Positions 30,983 through 41,713 of a DNA stretch of 64,000 nucleotides are shown in pieces. The translations under genes and the position numbers were made by a program. The stretch is from Candidatus Campbellbacteria bacterium (GTDB lineage Bacteria > Patescibacteriota > Minisyncoccia > Phycocordibacterales > JAXHMZ01). Within the stretch, counting starts at the first letter, position 1, and each line of letters opens with the position of its first letter. Under the pieces are notes generated by a model. That model saw only the letters and a program-made list of their open reading frames with translations. It ran no database searches and was not told where the DNA came from. The stretch spans positions 79,726 to 143,725 of the forward strand of contig JAXHMZ010000003.1 of assembly GCA_034521025.1 (NCBI GenBank), in the 5' to 3' direction.

Positions 30983-31442
30983 GTTCGTTTTCAATTTTTG
31001 TTATTTTCTCTATCCTGCGTTTATGTCTATCTTCGCCTGAAAAAGGTTCATCAAGCCAAATTTCTACTATACGCTTTGCTTCTTCAATAGTGATAAACCT
31101 AGCTCCCAAGGAAATGATATTTGCGTCATTGTGCTCACGTGAAAGGGTTACTATTTTCCCTTTATCTTCTCCGCCATAGAACACAGCTGCTCTAACCCCC
31201 TTGAACTTATTTGCAACAATAGCCTCTCCTTGTCCGGAGCCACCAAAAATTACCGCTCTATTAGTATCAGGTTCCTTCGAAACCTCTTCTGCTGCCTTGC
31301 TGATAAAATCAGGATAGTCATCATCTGGATTTAGCTCGTATGCTCCACAGTCCTCTACCTCATAGCCCAATGAACTCAGGTGGCTCTTTACCTCTTCCTT
31401 TGTTTTAAATCCCGCGTGATCCGTGGCCAAAAATATTTTCAT
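30975..31442 (-). CDS. rpiB: Ribose-5-phosphate isomerase B
   Basis: DHAGF, DDYPD, GSGQGE..ANK and REHNDAN motifs. Confidence 0.93.
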   Translation of the reverse strand: MKIFLATDHAGFKTKEEVKSHLSSLGYEVEDCGAYELNPDDDYPDFISKAAEEVSKEPDTNRAVIFGGSGQGEAIVANKFKGVRAAVFYGGEDKGKIVTLSREHNDANIISLGARFITIEEAKRIVEIWLDEPFSGEDRHKRRIEKITKIENEHD

Positions 31443-31523
31443 AATCAAGCTTTTATTCGCGTCCATTCTAACACAAAAGACTCCTTAATATATACTAACT
31501 AGGTCTAAACTCAGGAGAATTAT

Positions 31524-33173
31524 CTAGTGATCTATATGCTCCATAGCATAGTCGAGGTCGGCGTTTATCTTTTTGCCCGGATTAAAGATATTGTTAGGAT
31601 CGAAAATATTTTTAGTCTCTACAAACAGATCATAGACCTTTTTTCCATACATCTGCTCCAGATAAGGCGACCTTATTAAACCGTCGTTATGCTCCGCCGT
31701 CATGGTTCCTCCGTATTCAAAAGTTAGATTATTCACCTTATCTAGCACTACAGGAATTTTGTCGCGTTCTGTCTTTTTAGAAAGATCCATAAGAGGAATT
31801 ATGTGAAAATTACCCTCACCTGCGTGCCCGGCCAAGGTGGCTTTAATACCGTGTTTTTTTAATATGCCAAACACTTTGGGAAGAAATTCGGGTAAAAATT
31901 CTGGTTTGACACAAAAATCGTCAACAAATGGAGCCGTGCGTTTATCGCTCACCTCTTTTCGCAAAAGCGAGAAACTTTCGCGGCGCATGGTCCAATACTT
32001 TTCCGCCTCTTCTTCCGTATCCAGCTCCCTCATAATAATTTTATTATGCTCTTCGAGTGACTCTTTGAGATCGTTTATTTTTTGATCTAGCTCTTCTTCT
32101 GTATCTTCGGCAAACTCGATCAACATTGTTAACTTGGGCAAACCGAGCATTCTTAAACCAATTAGCGCCTCGGGCCAGAACTTAAGCGCAAAAGGTAAAA
32201 ACGAAGAGCCGGCTTTCTTTGCAATTTGCGGCATAAATCTCAAACCAAGCTTGAGAGTCGCATCATCAAACGTTTCTATGGACTCCGGGTCGAGAGGCAA
32301 TAATTTGTTCACCACTTCCGGCACCTCATCCCAAGAGTTAAAAAACAGTACAGTCAAACGTCGCTTGGGCTTTTCATGTACCAACCTCAGCCGTGTCTCA
32401 GCCCAAATACCTAAAGTACCTTGGGACCCGCCGAAAAGTTGCGTGAGATCAAATGTACCTTGTTCCCTATCGTACACATCCCAAAGGTTATAGCCCGCCG
32501 AATTCTTTGCCACATCAGGCTTAGCGGCTTTGACTATATCGTAGTTATCTTCCAGCAAAGAATGCATACGTCTATAAACCTCTCCCTCAAAGTTGTCCTG
32601 AGACTTTTTCTGCTCCAGCTCCTCCATATTGAGTTTCCTGAGAACGTACTCGTTACCGTCTGAAAACACAGCTTTGATCTCTTGGATAAAGTCGTTCATT
32701 TTACCATAGCGCAGTGTTTTTTCTCCGGCACAATTATTAGCTACCATGCCACCAAGAGCCGCAATGCTTTTAGACGCCGGATAACAAGGCAGTGACAGAT
32801 CTTCAGGTAAAATAACTTTTTCAAAGTCTCTATAAAAAACTCCGGGTTGAACTCGTGCAAACATTTCTTCGGGATTTACCTCCCAGACGTGATTCATATA
32901 TTTTGTAAATGACACTGAAATTGATTCAGTCAATGGACCTCCTGTCATATCTGTTCCGCCCGCTCTTCCTGTTAAAGAAATACCTGGTATCTCTTCACGC
33001 TTTTTATTTATAAAGTGTACTAATTCTTTTATGTCGTGGACATCCTTGGGAAAAACAACTACTTTAGGACGAACACCAAAGAGTGAAGCGTCATAAGAAT
33101 ACTCTTCCAGAGTATCGTCGGTAACATCCACGTCCCCTTTTATAGACTCTCTTAGCTCGTGCTGTATAGCCAT
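31524..33173 (-). CDS. FAD-binding oxidoreductase (GlcD/D-2-hydroxyacid dehydrogenase-like)
   Basis: RAGGT, GGMVANN, GHAGEGNFH, AEHNDG and FDPNNIFNPGK motifs. Confidence 0.85.
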   Translation of the reverse strand: MAIQHELRESIKGDVDVTDDTLEEYSYDASLFGVRPKVVVFPKDVHDIKELVHFINKKREEIPGISLTGRAGGTDMTGGPLTESISVSFTKYMNHVWEVNPEEMFARVQPGVFYRDFEKVILPEDLSLPCYPASKSIAALGGMVANNCAGEKTLRYGKMNDFIQEIKAVFSDGNEYVLRKLNMEELEQKKSQDNFEGEVYRRMHSLLEDNYDIVKAAKPDVAKNSAGYNLWDVYDREQGTFDLTQLFGGSQGTLGIWAETRLRLVHEKPKRRLTVLFFNSWDEVPEVVNKLLPLDPESIETFDDATLKLGLRFMPQIAKKAGSSFLPFALKFWPEALIGLRMLGLPKLTMLIEFAEDTEEELDQKINDLKESLEEHNKIIMRELDTEEEAEKYWTMRRESFSLLRKEVSDKRTAPFVDDFCVKPEFLPEFLPKVFGILKKHGIKATLAGHAGEGNFHIIPLMDLSKKTERDKIPVVLDKVNNLTFEYGGTMTAEHNDGLIRSPYLEQMYGKKVYDLFVETKNIFDPNNIFNPGKKINADLDYAMEHIDH

Positions 33174-33180
33174 AGATATT

Positions 33181-34218
33181 TTAATTATCCAAAAACTGAC
33201 CTGCTTTAACAACGTGCTCAACTAAAGAATACGTATACCCCATTTCGTTATCGTACCAAGCCAGTACTTTTACAAGATTGCCGCCTACTACACGAGTAAA
33301 TGTGAGATCTGCAATAGAAGCTTTTTCCGATCCGACTATATCTGAAGACACAATAGGTTCATAGGTCGCTCCAAACGTCTTCATCCAGCGTGGTTCCTGA
33401 GATGCATTCATAAGAATTTCATTCACTTCTTCTTTTGATGTGTCTCGCTTGGAGATAAAAGTAATATCTGCCACCGATCCGGCTATCACCGGAACACGAA
33501 GGGCTATGCCGTCAAATTTTCCTTCCAAATCCGGAATTACTTTAGTTGTAGCTATAGCTGCGCCAGTTGTGGTAGGTATAATATTTTGCGCCGCCGCCCG
33601 ACCCTTCCGCCAGTCTTTATTGGGACCATCTACGAGTGACTGTGAAGCTGTATAAGCGTGCACAGTATTCAAAAGAGCCTTTTCTATACCAATTGACTCG
33701 TTAAGTATAGCAACCAAAGGCGAGCCGGAGTTTGTTGTGCAAGATGCGTTGGAAGTAATTTGCTTTCCCGCGAAATCTTCTTCGTTTATTCCCATAAGAA
33801 CGGTGCCTCCGGATATACCCTCTACTTCCTCACCTTTGATCGGCGCAGATACAACTACGCGCTTAGCCCCCGCGTCAAGATGTTGTTTGGACTTCTCATA
33901 AGTTCTAAAGATGCCAGTGGATTCCACCACCACATCAACATCATAATCCCCCCAAGGTATTTCTTTGGGATCTCGTATGGAAAAGAATTTTGCTCTACGG
34001 CCATCGGAGACCAAGCTCTTTGCGTCTCCGTCTTCCTCAATATTAACCTCCTTCAACGGAGAAGTTTGCGCGGTATCATATTTCAAAAGATAAGCTAGAT
34101 TTTCCGGATCTCCGAGATCGTTAATGGCCACAACCTCGATATCATCTCGCGTATGCGCTACCTTATAAAAACTTCTACCGATCCTACCGAAACCGTTTAT
34201 TCCAACTCTAATAGACAT
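33181..34218 (-). CDS. gap: Glyceraldehyde-3-phosphate dehydrogenase type I
   Basis: GINGFGRIGR, SNASCTTN and WYDNE motifs. Confidence 0.96.
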   Translation of the reverse strand: MSIRVGINGFGRIGRSFYKVAHTRDDIEVVAINDLGDPENLAYLLKYDTAQTSPLKEVNIEEDGDAKSLVSDGRRAKFFSIRDPKEIPWGDYDVDVVVESTGIFRTYEKSKQHLDAGAKRVVVSAPIKGEEVEGISGGTVLMGINEEDFAGKQITSNASCTTNSGSPLVAILNESIGIEKALLNTVHAYTASQSLVDGPNKDWRKGRAAAQNIIPTTTGAAIATTKVIPDLEGKFDGIALRVPVIAGSVADITFISKRDTSKEEVNEILMNASQEPRWMKTFGATYEPIVSSDIVGSEKASIADLTFTRVVGGNLVKVLAWYDNEMGYTYSLVEHVVKAGQFLDN

Positions 34219-34370
34219 AAATAAAAATAGTGAAAACGAGCCACCTTGTAACTCCCTTAGTATATCAGAGATTCTCTTACACCTATCCACAAAAAGAAGT
34301 AGATCACTAAAAAACGCCCGCAACAAAGTGTGAGCATTTAAGAGAATAAGGCAATTAGATGTGAAGTGAA

Positions 34371-35783
34371 TTATTTTAATTTCTTTTTGAAAATCTCTGC
34401 CAAAACTTGTGGATTAGCTGACCCTTTTGTTTTTTTCATTCCTTGCCCTATAAAAAACTGAAATACATTCTCATTGCCTGACTTGTAATCAGTAACAACT
34501 TCTGGATTCTCCGCTATGACCTCTTCAACGACTTTTTCTAATGCACTCTCATCGCTCTGCTGCAAGAGATTTGCTTCTTCAGCTAGTTTTTTGGGTGATT
34601 CGTCCTTATCAAAAAGCAAAACCAGTGTATCTTTCGCGCCTCTACTAGAAAGCTCTCCTGAATCGATCATATTAATAAGCTCGACAAAGAGCTCAGCTCT
34701 AGGTAGTTGTATCTCCGAGTCATTTGATCTTATGCCCTGAAGGTCGGAGGTTATATAATTCGCGGCTAATTTTAACTTAGCGGCACTCCCATTTAATAAA
34801 TTCGATACCTCATCAAAAAAGTCACCTAATTGAAAATCTAAGATCAACGTTTCGACATCTTCCTCCTTAATACCCAGATCGATCAGACGTTTCCTTTTTT
34901 CATTCGGAAGTTCTGGTATTTCAGAAAGTAAGCTATTTTTGGAAAATTCTTCTAGTTGCGAAATCTTTAATTTAGGAAGATCCGGCTCGGGGAAATACCT
35001 ATAGTCTTGTGACGATTCCTTTTTTCTCTGAGTGTATGTCTCTTGTTTGTTTTCGTCCCAGCCTCGTGTTTCCTGCTCAACTGTCTCGCCGTTTTCTAAT
35101 ATTTCTATCTGACGTTCTATTTCAAAGGCAATCGCCTTCTCTACAGAACGAAATGAATTTAAATTCTTTACTTCGGTTTTGGTACCAAAATCCTCTGATT
35201 TTGATACCGAAATATTAGCTTCAACGCGCATCTCTCCTCTTTCCATATTTGCCTCAGAGATATCCAGAGTGCGAAGAAGCAACTGCAATTCTCGGGCAAA
35301 ATCCGCAGCTTTTTTACCGCTTTTTATAACGGGCTCTGTTACTAATTCCATAAGAGGCACTCCCGCGCGATTATAATCAACCAGGGAATAATCTCCTTTG
35401 TCATGTGTAGACTTGGCAGTATCCTCTTCTAAGTGAATACGGGTTATGTCAACTTCACATAATCTCCCGCCGGTAACTAGGGGGTATTCATATTGTGAAA
35501 TTTGGTACCCCTTAGGGATGTCCGGATAGAAATAGTTCTTCCTATCGAATTCTGTAAAATCAGCGAGGTTGCCATTCAAAGCGACTCCTACCTTAAGAAC
35601 ATTTTTTACCGCTTCCTTATTGATCTTAGGAAGCGTCCCTGGGTGTGCCATGCAAATTGGGCAGATCCGAGAGTTGGGCTCACTTGTGTGTGGAGCGTTT
35701 TCGCAACCACAGAACATTTTTGACTTGGTCTTCAGCTCCGCGTGAATTTCAAGCCCTATTGTGGGTTTATAGTCGTCTTTCAT
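34371..35783 (-). CDS. gatB: Asp/Glu-tRNA amidotransferase subunit B
   Basis: GLEIHAEL, RKNYFYPD, NRAGVPLMELVTEP and DYRYFPEPD motifs. Confidence 0.96.
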   Translation of the reverse strand: MKDDYKPTIGLEIHAELKTKSKMFCGCENAPHTSEPNSRICPICMAHPGTLPKINKEAVKNVLKVGVALNGNLADFTEFDRKNYFYPDIPKGYQISQYEYPLVTGGRLCEVDITRIHLEEDTAKSTHDKGDYSLVDYNRAGVPLMELVTEPVIKSGKKAADFARELQLLLRTLDISEANMERGEMRVEANISVSKSEDFGTKTEVKNLNSFRSVEKAIAFEIERQIEILENGETVEQETRGWDENKQETYTQRKKESSQDYRYFPEPDLPKLKISQLEEFSKNSLLSEIPELPNEKRKRLIDLGIKEEDVETLILDFQLGDFFDEVSNLLNGSAAKLKLAANYITSDLQGIRSNDSEIQLPRAELFVELINMIDSGELSSRGAKDTLVLLFDKDESPKKLAEEANLLQQSDESALEKVVEEVIAENPEVVTDYKSGNENVFQFFIGQGMKKTKGSANPQVLAEIFKKKLK

Positions 35784-35857
35784 GGTTGCAATACTAGCAT
35801 AGGCTCAAGCCAAAAGAAAAAGAATAGATGTAACCTCGCTGCGCAAAGGTGAGTAGT

Positions 35858-35897
35858 AAAAAATCACCCCCGATCGCGCAGTGCACGATCGGGGGTG
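35858..35897 (-). terminator. Intrinsic terminator of cassette 5
   Basis: cacccccgatcgtgc-act-gcgcgatcgggggtg-atttttt. Confidence 0.8.
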
Positions 35898-35909
35898 TGA
35901 TCGGGAGGG

Positions 35910-36650
35910 TTAGCCCTTACAAGGAATCACCATCCGTGCATACTCGTGCACAGTCACGGTCTCGCTTGTCCAGCGAGCTTCAACGTGTCCGAAACGACCA
36001 CACCGGCCGACCGGACGACCAAAGCTCAATGAAGTGAACCCGGTCATCAACATTCCATCCGCAGGGGTGAAGTTGACAGTATTGGTGATACCGTTCTGGA
36101 CCACCTCCTGCACACCCAAACCATGCGAACTGATGTCGGTAAGAACAAATGAACCCTCAGACAAGTGCAGTTCAGACACGTGCAGTTCTGCACTGTCAAA
36201 GCTTACCAGCGAATCATCCATGTATGTGTCATCGAACACCAGCGGAAATGACAGGAACAAGGTAAGCATTTCAGGCGAGTCCACGTAAACGTTGCTCACC
36301 ACTCCACCTGAAGCATCAATGGTCACGCTCTCATCCGAGAAAAGACTAACGTCCCTCGTGACGCTTATCGAGCCAGACTCGGTGAACGTGAAAACTCGCA
36401 CGCTGTAGTCTCCCGGTGGAAACGTAAATACCTGAAACCGATCGACGAAATTATTCATCGTATCGACTGGTTCGCCGTCTTCGTTGTAGATGACCAAGCT
36501 ATTGATAGCCTCGCCATCAGGCGTAGAGCTTACCACCTGAACCTCGAGATCGAGAAAGTCTCCCGATCCTTCCGGCGCTTCGACGACCGAAGAGCAAGCG
36601 CTGATAACGAAGGCGACCAGTACCAGCAAGAAACCTGTAAAGTTCTTCAC
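35910..36650 (-). CDS. Putative lipoprotein, beta-rich ORFan (cassette 5)
   Basis: Signal peptide ending in lipobox ISA/C; GGGAGG-aaaa-GTG; GC-richer than neighbours. Confidence 0.7.
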   Translation of the reverse strand: MKNFTGFLLVLVAFVISACSSVVEAPEGSGDFLDLEVQVVSSTPDGEAINSLVIYNEDGEPVDTMNNFVDRFQVFTFPPGDYSVRVFTFTESGSISVTRDVSLFSDESVTIDASGGVVSNVYVDSPEMLTLFLSFPLVFDDTYMDDSLVSFDSAELHVSELHLSEGSFVLTDISSHGLGVQEVVQNGITNTVNFTPADGMLMTGFTSLSFGRPVGRCGRFGHVEARWTSETVTVHEYARMVIPCKG

Positions 36651-36708
36651 TTTTCCTCCCTTTCGAAGAACGTCACTTTTGCCCTATGCAAAAGTATTAC
36701 TGGCATGT

Positions 36709-36737
36709 AATATACATTACTTTAGTATATTTGTCAA
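36709..36737 (-). promoter_or_regulatory. Sigma70-type promoter of cassette 5
   Basis: TTGACA-17-TATATT. Confidence 0.72.
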
Positions 36738-36801
36738 TAGTGGCTGTAGTTCGTAGTTGAACATTCTAATTCTTTTGTTTCACTTTTTATTATTACCTAG
36801 T

Positions 36802-37785
36802 TCACTTATTTTTCTTTTCTTCCAGCTCTTTTGCTAAAAAATCAGCGAATTTTTTAACACTTGCATCATCAAGAACAGAAATTTCACGCACTGTTTTTTC
36901 GGTATGAGCTATGAGTTCTTCTCTTTTTTTATTAAGCGTATCTTGGTCCACTTCATCTGATTTGGTAAGTAAAATAATTTCGTGTTTATCGAGCAATTTT
37001 TCATCAAAATTTTTCAGCTCGTTTCGTACAGAATCATAAACTTCAACCACATTTTCATTTTCTAGAGAGACACAGTGAACTAACATTTTTGTACGACTGA
37101 TATGGCGCAAAAATTTATGTCCAAGCCCCTTACCTTGTGATGCCCCTTCTATAAGGCCTGGAATATCAGCGATTATAAATTCATAAAAAGTACCCAGGTG
37201 CGGTTCAAGAGTCGTGAAGTTATAGTTTCCTACTTCAGATTTTGCGTTTGTAAGAGTATTCAAAAGAGTAGACTTGCCGGCATTTGGAAGGCCCACAAAA
37301 CCCACATCAGCAATAAGTCGAAGTTCAATGAAAAAGCGCGAATGTTCACCCGGTTTTCCGTTGGTTTGCTCCATCGGATTTATGTTGGTAGAGCTTTTAA
37401 AATGAGTATTGCCCAAGCCGCCTTTCCCTCCCTTTAGAACAACCATTTCCTGACCTTCTTCTAAAAGTTCAAACTGTGCTCCATCCAACTCGCGAGTCAA
37501 AACTGTACCAATTGGCAATTCTACTATCAGATCACTGCCGTTTTTGCCGGTTTGGTTTTTACTGCGACCACTATCGCCTTTTTCAGCCTCCAAATTAGGA
37601 GAGTGGGTATAACGTGTAAGAACGGAAAGGTCTTTAACTGCCCGGATGACGACATCGCCGCCACGACCACCGTCTCCTCCCGACGGACCAGAAAATTCTT
37701 TCCCTTTGAGATGGAGCCAGCGAACTACACCATCTCCACCATCTCCGGCGCTTAGATCTAAAGTAATTTCATCTACAAATGTCAT
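36802..37785 (-). CDS. obgE: GTPase ObgE
   Basis: Gly-rich Obg domain; GLPNAGKS, FTTLEP and DIPGLIEGA motifs. Confidence 0.96.
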   Translation of the reverse strand: MTFVDEITLDLSAGDGGDGVVRWLHLKGKEFSGPSGGDGGRGGDVVIRAVKDLSVLTRYTHSPNLEAEKGDSGRSKNQTGKNGSDLIVELPIGTVLTRELDGAQFELLEEGQEMVVLKGGKGGLGNTHFKSSTNINPMEQTNGKPGEHSRFFIELRLIADVGFVGLPNAGKSTLLNTLTNAKSEVGNYNFTTLEPHLGTFYEFIIADIPGLIEGASQGKGLGHKFLRHISRTKMLVHCVSLENENVVEVYDSVRNELKNFDEKLLDKHEIILLTKSDEVDQDTLNKKREELIAHTEKTVREISVLDDASVKKFADFLAKELEEKKNK

Positions 37786-37790
37786 ATCAA

Positions 37791-38711
37791 TTATTCAGTT
37801 TCAAGGGCTTTATTAGCTAATTCAAAAACGCCTTCTTTTGAACTAGCTACTCCAATAAAGCGCTTATTGTGTACAAAAAAAGCGTCTTCTACACCGGAAG
37901 CGTTGACTAAATCGCCATCTCTTTTACCAGCCCATTCCTCTGGTAATAGTTTCCTAGCGTCAAAGGGAGTAGAAATAGATTTCGGCACTGATACTATTTC
38001 CCAATTACCATTCTCTGAATCCGGTTTAATTACAAACAATATTTGCGGATTATCTTCAACAAACTCCATATAAGGGTAGCTCTTTTCTAAAAATAAAATG
38101 CGCTCATCGTTGATAGAAGAATTTTTGTATGCATCCTCAACAATGGCGAATGCTTCGAGTCTGGCTTTAGCCTGCGCAATTTCTCTATCGAGCACAAGCT
38201 CTGCAATATCGAGAGCCCTAAAGAATGCTTCATTTTTAGTATAATCTGGCGCTTCTTTCCAAGTGGGGCGTAGACCATAAAAAGCCGACTGCAGGTTGTA
38301 CCTAAAAGAAATATCTACATCAGTCTCACCCCAAATATCTACTCCGTTGTCTAAAGCGTCTATGGTTTCAGCAAGTCTTTCGTCTACAGCTTTTGCCACT
38401 TCCTCACTTCCGCATACCGCGCCGCCAAATTTTTTCCAAACTAGCCCAAAAGCGGCAAAAGGTATGCCATTCTCCCTTTCACCTGCGCCTCCTTTTTGAT
38501 GGTGATCAAACCGATTAGATCCTGGATCATAAACGCCCCCAACGTCAGCAACAAAATCTGCTTGTTCAATTATGTCCTTATCCCGAGTACGTATTATTTC
38601 TATATCAGTTTGATCAACACCTTCGGACAACAAGTATTTTTTTAATGTGGCCGCGGCAAATAGATCGTCCGCGTGAAATGTACTATTGTGTACTACGATC
38701 GTTTTAGACAT
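37791..38711 (-). CDS. MYG1-family exonuclease
   Basis: H...FHADD, RTRD, DVGG.YD...RFDHHQ and LPEEWAG motifs. Confidence 0.9.
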   Translation of the reverse strand: MSKTIVVHNSTFHADDLFAAATLKKYLLSEGVDQTDIEIIRTRDKDIIEQADFVADVGGVYDPGSNRFDHHQKGGAGERENGIPFAAFGLVWKKFGGAVCGSEEVAKAVDERLAETIDALDNGVDIWGETDVDISFRYNLQSAFYGLRPTWKEAPDYTKNEAFFRALDIAELVLDREIAQAKARLEAFAIVEDAYKNSSINDERILFLEKSYPYMEFVEDNPQILFVIKPDSENGNWEIVSVPKSISTPFDARKLLPEEWAGKRDGDLVNASGVEDAFFVHNKRFIGVASSKEGVFELANKALETE

Positions 38712-39060
38712 TTTTCCCTTTAGAATTACTTCCCAACTCTACCGTTGAAGCTAACAATGACACGATGACCGCTCCAAATACAGCAGCCCAAAAGCCATCA
38801 ACCATAAATCCGCTCACAAACACAGCTACAAAATAGAAGAAGAATCCATTTAACACAAAAGAGAAAAGCCCTAAGGTTAAAATATTTATAGGCAGAGTAA
38901 GAACATAAAGTATGGGCTTAAGGGTTACGTTAAATATTCCCAATACAAAAGCAGAAACCACCGCTACCCAAAAACCGTCAATTTCCACTCCGGGCAAAAG
39001 CTCGGAAACTAACATCAGCGAAAGTGCCGTTATAAGCCATTTTAAAAGTAATCTATCCAT
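38704..39060 (-). CDS. YvlD/4-TM 'phage holin family' membrane protein
   Basis: KPIL.VLTLPINILTLGLF signature. Confidence 0.85.
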   Translation of the reverse strand: MDRLLLKWLITALSLMLVSELLPGVEIDGFWVAVVSAFVLGIFNVTLKPILYVLTLPINILTLGLFSFVLNGFFFYFVAVFVSGFMVDGFWAAVFGAVIVSLLASTVELGSNSKGKNV

Positions 39061-39078
39061 ATTTTTCTATAATTAATT

Positions 39079-41628
39079 TTATGAAGTTTTAGGGTCGCTT
39101 TCGATCATTCTCCACCCTGAATTTAGCATTTCTTTAGCTTTTTTATACTTCATCTCTTTAACAACATTTCCGTCGGTTATTTTTACAATATCATTACGAC
39201 CAATTTTATCTTCTTCTGTTCTCTGTATAGGCGTAGAGGGGGATTCGCCTTGTCTCTCACTGGACCGTTTCGCCATCTCTAGCCGACTCCTAACTTGCTC
39301 GGCTTCCGCCTTAAACGCGTCAGGATCTATGTTCGGCAAAGCTCCGATAACACGGCTCTTAAGAGTTTCATTCAATTCGCGGAATAGCCGCAATGCTTCC
39401 TTCTTATACTCTACTAACGGGTCATGCTGACCGTATGCCCTCAGATTAACACTGGAGCGCAAATAGTCCATCTGGTCCAAGTGATCCATCCATAGCTTGT
39501 CTAGGGTTTGAAGATAAAGTCGCTTCATAACATTCCAGAAAGTTTCCTCTCCTAGCGCTTCTTCTTTTTCGTCGATAAGATCAGCCACTTTCTTATCCCC
39601 TTCCGCCAACTCAAATATGAGATCCTCTATATCGTCAATGTCACCTGTGAGCACCTTTAGTCTTTTCTCATAGATAGCGCTACGTTGCCGATTAAGAACA
39701 TCATCATACTCAAGAGTACGTTTCCTGGAATCAAAATTGAATCCTTCTATTTTTTCCTGCGCGCTCTCGAGTGAGCGAGTGATCATTTTGTGTTCAATGG
39801 GCTCGTCTTCCTTCACTCCCAATCTGCCCATCATTGAATTTATAGGGCCAGAAGCAAAAACCCGCATAAGTGAATCCTCCAGAGATACATAAAACTGAGT
39901 TTCGCCTGGATCACCCTGCCTTCCAGCACGACCTCGCAATTGATTATCAATACGCCTAGCCTCATGCCGTTCCGTACCGAGAACAAAAAGCCCGCCGAGC
40001 TCTAATATCTCTTGTCTTTCCTCCTCTGTTGCGCTTGGACCACCAAGTTTGATATCTACTCCTCTACCGGCCATATTGGTAGCAATGGTAACTCGCCCCT
40101 TTTTACCCGCTTCTGATATAATCTCTCCTTCTCGTGCATGGTTTTTGGCGTTGAGCACCTCATGCGGAACCCCCTCCTTTTTCAAGAAACTCGAAAGAAG
40201 TTCGTTTTTGTCAACTGAGACAGTACCTACCAATACCGGCTGTCCTTTTTTGTGTAGCTCTTTAAGTTTTCTGGCTACAGCTTTGAATTTTCCCTGCTCG
40301 GTCTTAAATATTTGATCGTTCCTGTCAATGCGCGCTATTGGTTTATTGGTCGGAATTACGACCGTATCCAATCCATACGTTTTATAAAATTCTTCCGAGG
40401 AAGTTTCGGCGGTACCGGTCATGCCGGATAGCTTGTCATACAATCTAAAGAAATTTTGATAGGTAACAGAAGCAACTGTCTTTGATTCTTTCTGAATAGC
40501 GACCCCTTCTTTTGCTTCGATCGCTTGATGAAGTCCGGCGCTATAACGCCTCCCCGGTTGCAACCTACCAGTGAATTCATCAACAATAATTACCGATCCA
40601 TCTCTGACCATATACTTATCATCTCTTTTAAATAATGCTTTAGCCCGAACAGCTGTTTCCAGATGATGAACGTATTTTATTCCTCTTTCAGTATAAATAT
40701 TTTCTACACCCAACGCTTCTTCGGCTTTCGATATTCCTGATTCAGTTAAGGAAATAGCGCCTAATTTCTCATCCACTGTATAGTCTTCGTCTTCCTTCAG
40801 TCTGCCTGCTATAGTAGCGAACGTCTGATATAGGTCCTCTGATTCCGCGGCGGGAGCTGAAATTATCAAAGGGGTGCGCGCTTCGTCTATCAATATAGAA
40901 TCCACCTCGTCAATAATGGCAAAGGGGTGTTCTTTTTGCCGTATTTGTTCCGGGACGTATTCCAAATTATCGCGCAGATAGTCAAAACCAAACTCACTGT
41001 TCGTGCCATAGGTAATATCAGTTTCGTACGCCTCACGTCGAGAGATCGGGCGTAAAAATTCATCTACTACTTTATGACTTCCTTCTTCGTCACGTTCTTC
41101 ATCCAACTCCTCGGTATTCTTTACCTGTTCTTGGTCGTATATAAAGGAAATATTGGAGGAGTTTATGGCACTTACGGAAATACCCAGAAAATCATATATT
41201 TCTCCCATCCACACAGCGTCACGTCGAGCTAGATAGTCATTAACAGTAACTATATGCACCCCTTTTCCGTTAAGCGCGTTCAAATATGCTGGCAAGGTTG
41301 CCACTAGAGTTTTCCCTTCACCAGTGCGCATCTCAGCAATTTTCCCTTGATGAATTACTATTCCGCCGATCAACTGAACGTCAAAATGCCTTTCTCCGTG
41401 TACCCGCTTAGATACTTCACGTACCACCGCGAATGCCTCAGGTAAAATATCATCCAGAGTCTTACCGTCAGCTAAGGCCTTTTTAAATTCTGCCGTTTTC
41501 CCCTGAAGATCAGCGTCAGACAATGAAGAAATTTCTTCTTCCAGGTCATTTATCTTTTTTACAGTAGGCTGAAGGGCTTTTATGGCCCGTTTGTGCTCAT
41601 CTCCGAATATCTTCTTGAGTAGCTTCAT
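39079..41628 (-). CDS. secA: Preprotein translocase ATPase SecA
   Basis: MRTGEGKT, DEVDSILIDEARTPLIIS and RRIDNQLRGRAGRQGDPG motifs. Confidence 0.97.
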   Translation of the reverse strand: MKLLKKIFGDEHKRAIKALQPTVKKINDLEEEISSLSDADLQGKTAEFKKALADGKTLDDILPEAFAVVREVSKRVHGERHFDVQLIGGIVIHQGKIAEMRTGEGKTLVATLPAYLNALNGKGVHIVTVNDYLARRDAVWMGEIYDFLGISVSAINSSNISFIYDQEQVKNTEELDEERDEEGSHKVVDEFLRPISRREAYETDITYGTNSEFGFDYLRDNLEYVPEQIRQKEHPFAIIDEVDSILIDEARTPLIISAPAAESEDLYQTFATIAGRLKEDEDYTVDEKLGAISLTESGISKAEEALGVENIYTERGIKYVHHLETAVRAKALFKRDDKYMVRDGSVIIVDEFTGRLQPGRRYSAGLHQAIEAKEGVAIQKESKTVASVTYQNFFRLYDKLSGMTGTAETSSEEFYKTYGLDTVVIPTNKPIARIDRNDQIFKTEQGKFKAVARKLKELHKKGQPVLVGTVSVDKNELLSSFLKKEGVPHEVLNAKNHAREGEIISEAGKKGRVTIATNMAGRGVDIKLGGPSATEEERQEILELGGLFVLGTERHEARRIDNQLRGRAGRQGDPGETQFYVSLEDSLMRVFASGPINSMMGRLGVKEDEPIEHKMITRSLESAQEKIEGFNFDSRKRTLEYDDVLNRQRSAIYEKRLKVLTGDIDDIEDLIFELAEGDKKVADLIDEKEEALGEETFWNVMKRLYLQTLDKLWMDHLDQMDYLRSSVNLRAYGQHDPLVEYKKEALRLFRELNETLKSRVIGALPNIDPDAFKAEAEQVRSRLEMAKRSSERQGESPSTPIQRTEEDKIGRNDIVKITDGNVVKEMKYKKAKEMLNSGWRMIESDPKTS

Positions 41629-41713
41629 ACAAAGGGAATGTTATCAAATACAAAGCATTTTTAACAGCTACAAATTAAATATAGGGGGTTTAATAAAATA
41701 AAAATCTAAAGGA

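Noticed and set aside
38704-39060. 'Phage holin' as prophage evidence
   Set aside because: The YvlD-like family is commonly chromosomal, and the neighbours are secA and MYG1 with no phage genes.
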